64,000 nucleotides of DNA from Podarcis pityusensis (lineage: Eukaryota). The notes beneath the pieces are model-generated. The model searched no databases. It was not told where the DNA came from and worked only from the letters and a program-made list of their open reading frames with translations. Of this stretch, positions 61,572 to 64,000 are shown one piece after another. The translations under genes and the position numbers were made by a program. Within the stretch, counting starts at the first letter, position 1, and each line of letters opens with the position of its first letter. The stretch is taken from NCBI GenBank assembly GCA_964106645.2, contig OZ067053.1; one strand, 5' to 3'.

Positions 61572-63279
61572 TCTGAATGATCTTAACTGATTTATGGTGT
61601 GTGTATGTAATGTTTGTAGATCTTGTGATTCTAGATTCCACACAGCTGGGTTCTTACGTCATTTGCTGCAAGTATGCGTTCTTCTGGCATTAAAAACCTG
61701 TTTAGTTCTAATTGCTTACACGATGCGATAAAGCCAGTACAGCTACTGAATAGGAAATGGGGGACAATTCTGTTCAGAAAAAGCTGAAACAGCTGGAGGT
61801 TAAAGGGTGTGAATAGTACTTTCTGGCAGAAGGGGATTCTCCTGCTGCTTAGCCCCAAGGGGCACTTCTCATGAACACCTATTGCTACAACCATCTTTAA
61901 AGGAAGAGGAACGTTTTTCAGAATTGCTGGTGCCAGTGGTAGCCAATACTTGTGAATCCTGTTGAATGTAAGGGACCAGTTGCTGAGTAGAGTATCAATT
62001 TGAGGAGAGTAGCAAAACGACAAAATGAGCTGTGGCACTTTGGAAGAGGTGTCCTTTCACTCTGAAGTAAAAGGCCTCAGAGGTCAGTGGAAGTGCCTTT
62101 GTCTGCTCTCTTCTCCTGGAACTGCAATCTACGGATTCTTGTCATTATTTTAAAATGAAGTGCTGAGCTTGTACCTGCATGCCCCTTGATAAATTGGGGG
62201 GGGGGGGGAGGACTGGAGCAGAAAAGAGGAGAGAGAAAGAGCACTTGAAACAGGATTGTGAAATAGCCAAGTTCAGTTTTTACTAAAGGAAATTAGCAGG
62301 CAAGTTCTAGCTGAATTCATGATGTTTGTTTTCAATAAAAGGAGACTGCCAGTGGAGGTCAGCAGTGACTGCCGGGAAGGAAAAGATCAGTCCAAACCAC
62401 GTCTCTAATAAGAGTAGAAACTCTGGCACAATTTGTTATAGGAAGAAGACTTTACAATGTTGCTCTTCAGTGGAGGCTTAGAGCAGAAGACCATGGCAGA
62501 TTATCCTGGGAGGCAGCGAGGGTTCTCCCCACGCCACCCCCGGTACAAATATCAGTAGCAGATGGATGAGAACTTGCTGATCTGCCTGAATCCTAATGCT
62601 TTATTATGGAATCACCTTTCATGGGGGAAAGCTTCATTCCTGAGATGTGTGAAGTAGATAGTGAATGAAGAATCTACAGAGATGGGCTACCGCTGCTTGA
62701 AGCTCATGCCAAAACGAACCATGTAGGAGTAGGGATTGATTGAAACCACTGAGGTGAGTAATGTTATATAGGACTGTAGATTTGGCCTCTAAGGTTACAG
62801 CACTTTTTTTGGGGGGGGAGGTATTCTTTGAGCCATGTTAAAAATCCCAGACACTCCAAAGCCAATTTCCAAGCACACCAGGAGATAATTTAAACCATGG
62901 AATGATGTTTTAGAATGCTGTGGTAGACAAATTGGGAGTGAATCCGACCTTTTTGCAACAGGGAATATCTCCAGTCCTGCATCTTTGGGAGAGTTCAGCC
63001 AAGACTGGATGATGGAAACCATAGCCATGTCCAACACACTTAATTAAGAAGGAGTTTTACTGAAGGCATCAGGAGTATGCTTAAGAGAGACTGTAGCACA
63101 GATGAAGCAGCACAGCTTCATGTAGCAATTTATCATTTATTACATCCTTCCTTTCTGCCTCAGTTACAGGCACAAAAGGTCACTTGTGTCATAAATCAAT
63201 AAAGACAATTATTCCCTCTATTTCCAAAGCTCAATAGCAAATGCAGATCCTCGTGTAGCCAAAATGGCACCATGGAGCA

Positions 63280-63394
63280 AAAGACTCTCAGGGTCATGAA
63301 TTTGAGCCCCACATTGGGTGAAAGATTTCTGCATTGTAGTGGGTTGGACTAGATGATTCTCGTGGTTCCTTCGAACTCTACAATTCTGTGATTC
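63280..63394 (+). mobile_element. tRNA-Lys/CR1-tail SINE, degenerate
   Basis: CTCAGGGTCATGAATTTGAGCCCCACATTGGG...CTCTACAATTCTGTGATTC; same family as 14399-14542. Confidence 0.75.
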
Positions 63395-64000
63395 AAGACA
63401 AGTGAGGAGGCAACAGCAAGCTGGGTGGGGGTACCCCAACCAAGGTTTACAAAAAAATTGCAAAAAGAATTTTGGGAAATCCCCAAAGCAGCTCAATGAG
63501 GAGGACCGAACATGCTGGCTGGCTGGAAGAGTGGACAGCAGCACTCCAGACAGCTACATTTTGTTGCAGAGTCCCCCTTGTTAAAAAAGAGACAGTAGAG
63601 AGTATAACAGGTATCAGCCAATCAAATATCCAGCAAGTCACAGGGCCGAAGAACATGGCAGCACATTCAAACATCTAGGCATGGCAACACAGCAAACCCC
63701 AATGTGTATTCCCACCACCAACCAAACTTCAGACAGTCTTGGGATGCACAGCAAAGCCTCATGTTGTTGGAGCTGGTCCTTTAGGTATTCCTGTCCCTAC
63801 CCTGTTTAGTACAAGGCAGATAAATTCAGGATTTGTGGATTGCATTTCATATTCTCTAGCAGTCTTATTTCAGTGAATCCAATGAAAACATCTGCTTGGT
63901 GTTAATCTTGTACAACGTGCCTCCTTGTTAACAGGCTGCTCAGCCTCAACGTTGTTTTAAATAAGCCCTTTAGCCCCTTGAAACTTAAAGCTTAACTCTG

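Overview
Eukaryotic genomic DNA from a squamate reptile, most likely a lacertid lizard, judging by the repeat set (Bov-B LINE, Sauria SINE, Squam3-like and tRNA-Lys/CR1-tail SINEs, CR1, L2, hAT and Tc1/mariner MITEs). Three genes are present. (1) The last three coding exons of a sodium/glucose cotransporter, SLC5A1/SGLT1-like (+, 319-3162). (2) The last three coding exons of the radial-spoke ARM-repeat gene RSPH14 (-, 12186 down to 10048), tail-to-tail with SLC5A1; its upstream exons lie beyond the right edge. (3) The complete GNAZ gene (G-alpha-z, 355 aa, +) nested antisense inside a >51 kb RSPH14 intron, with a CpG-island promoter at ~20.6-22 kb and coding exons at 43454-44176 and 59529-59873. 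The rest is intron/intergenic DNA dense in transposon remnants, several with intact TIRs and TSDs. I found no new protein-coding system. The best leads are regulatory: a tight RFX X-box plus forkhead cluster in the RSPH14 intron (possible internal ciliary promoter/enhancer), a second X-box with a strong plus-strand donor (possible alternative GNAZ first exon), a uORF-loaded GNAZ leader, a solo LTR in sense inside SLC5A1, and a small CpG-retaining enhancer-like element between the convergent genes.
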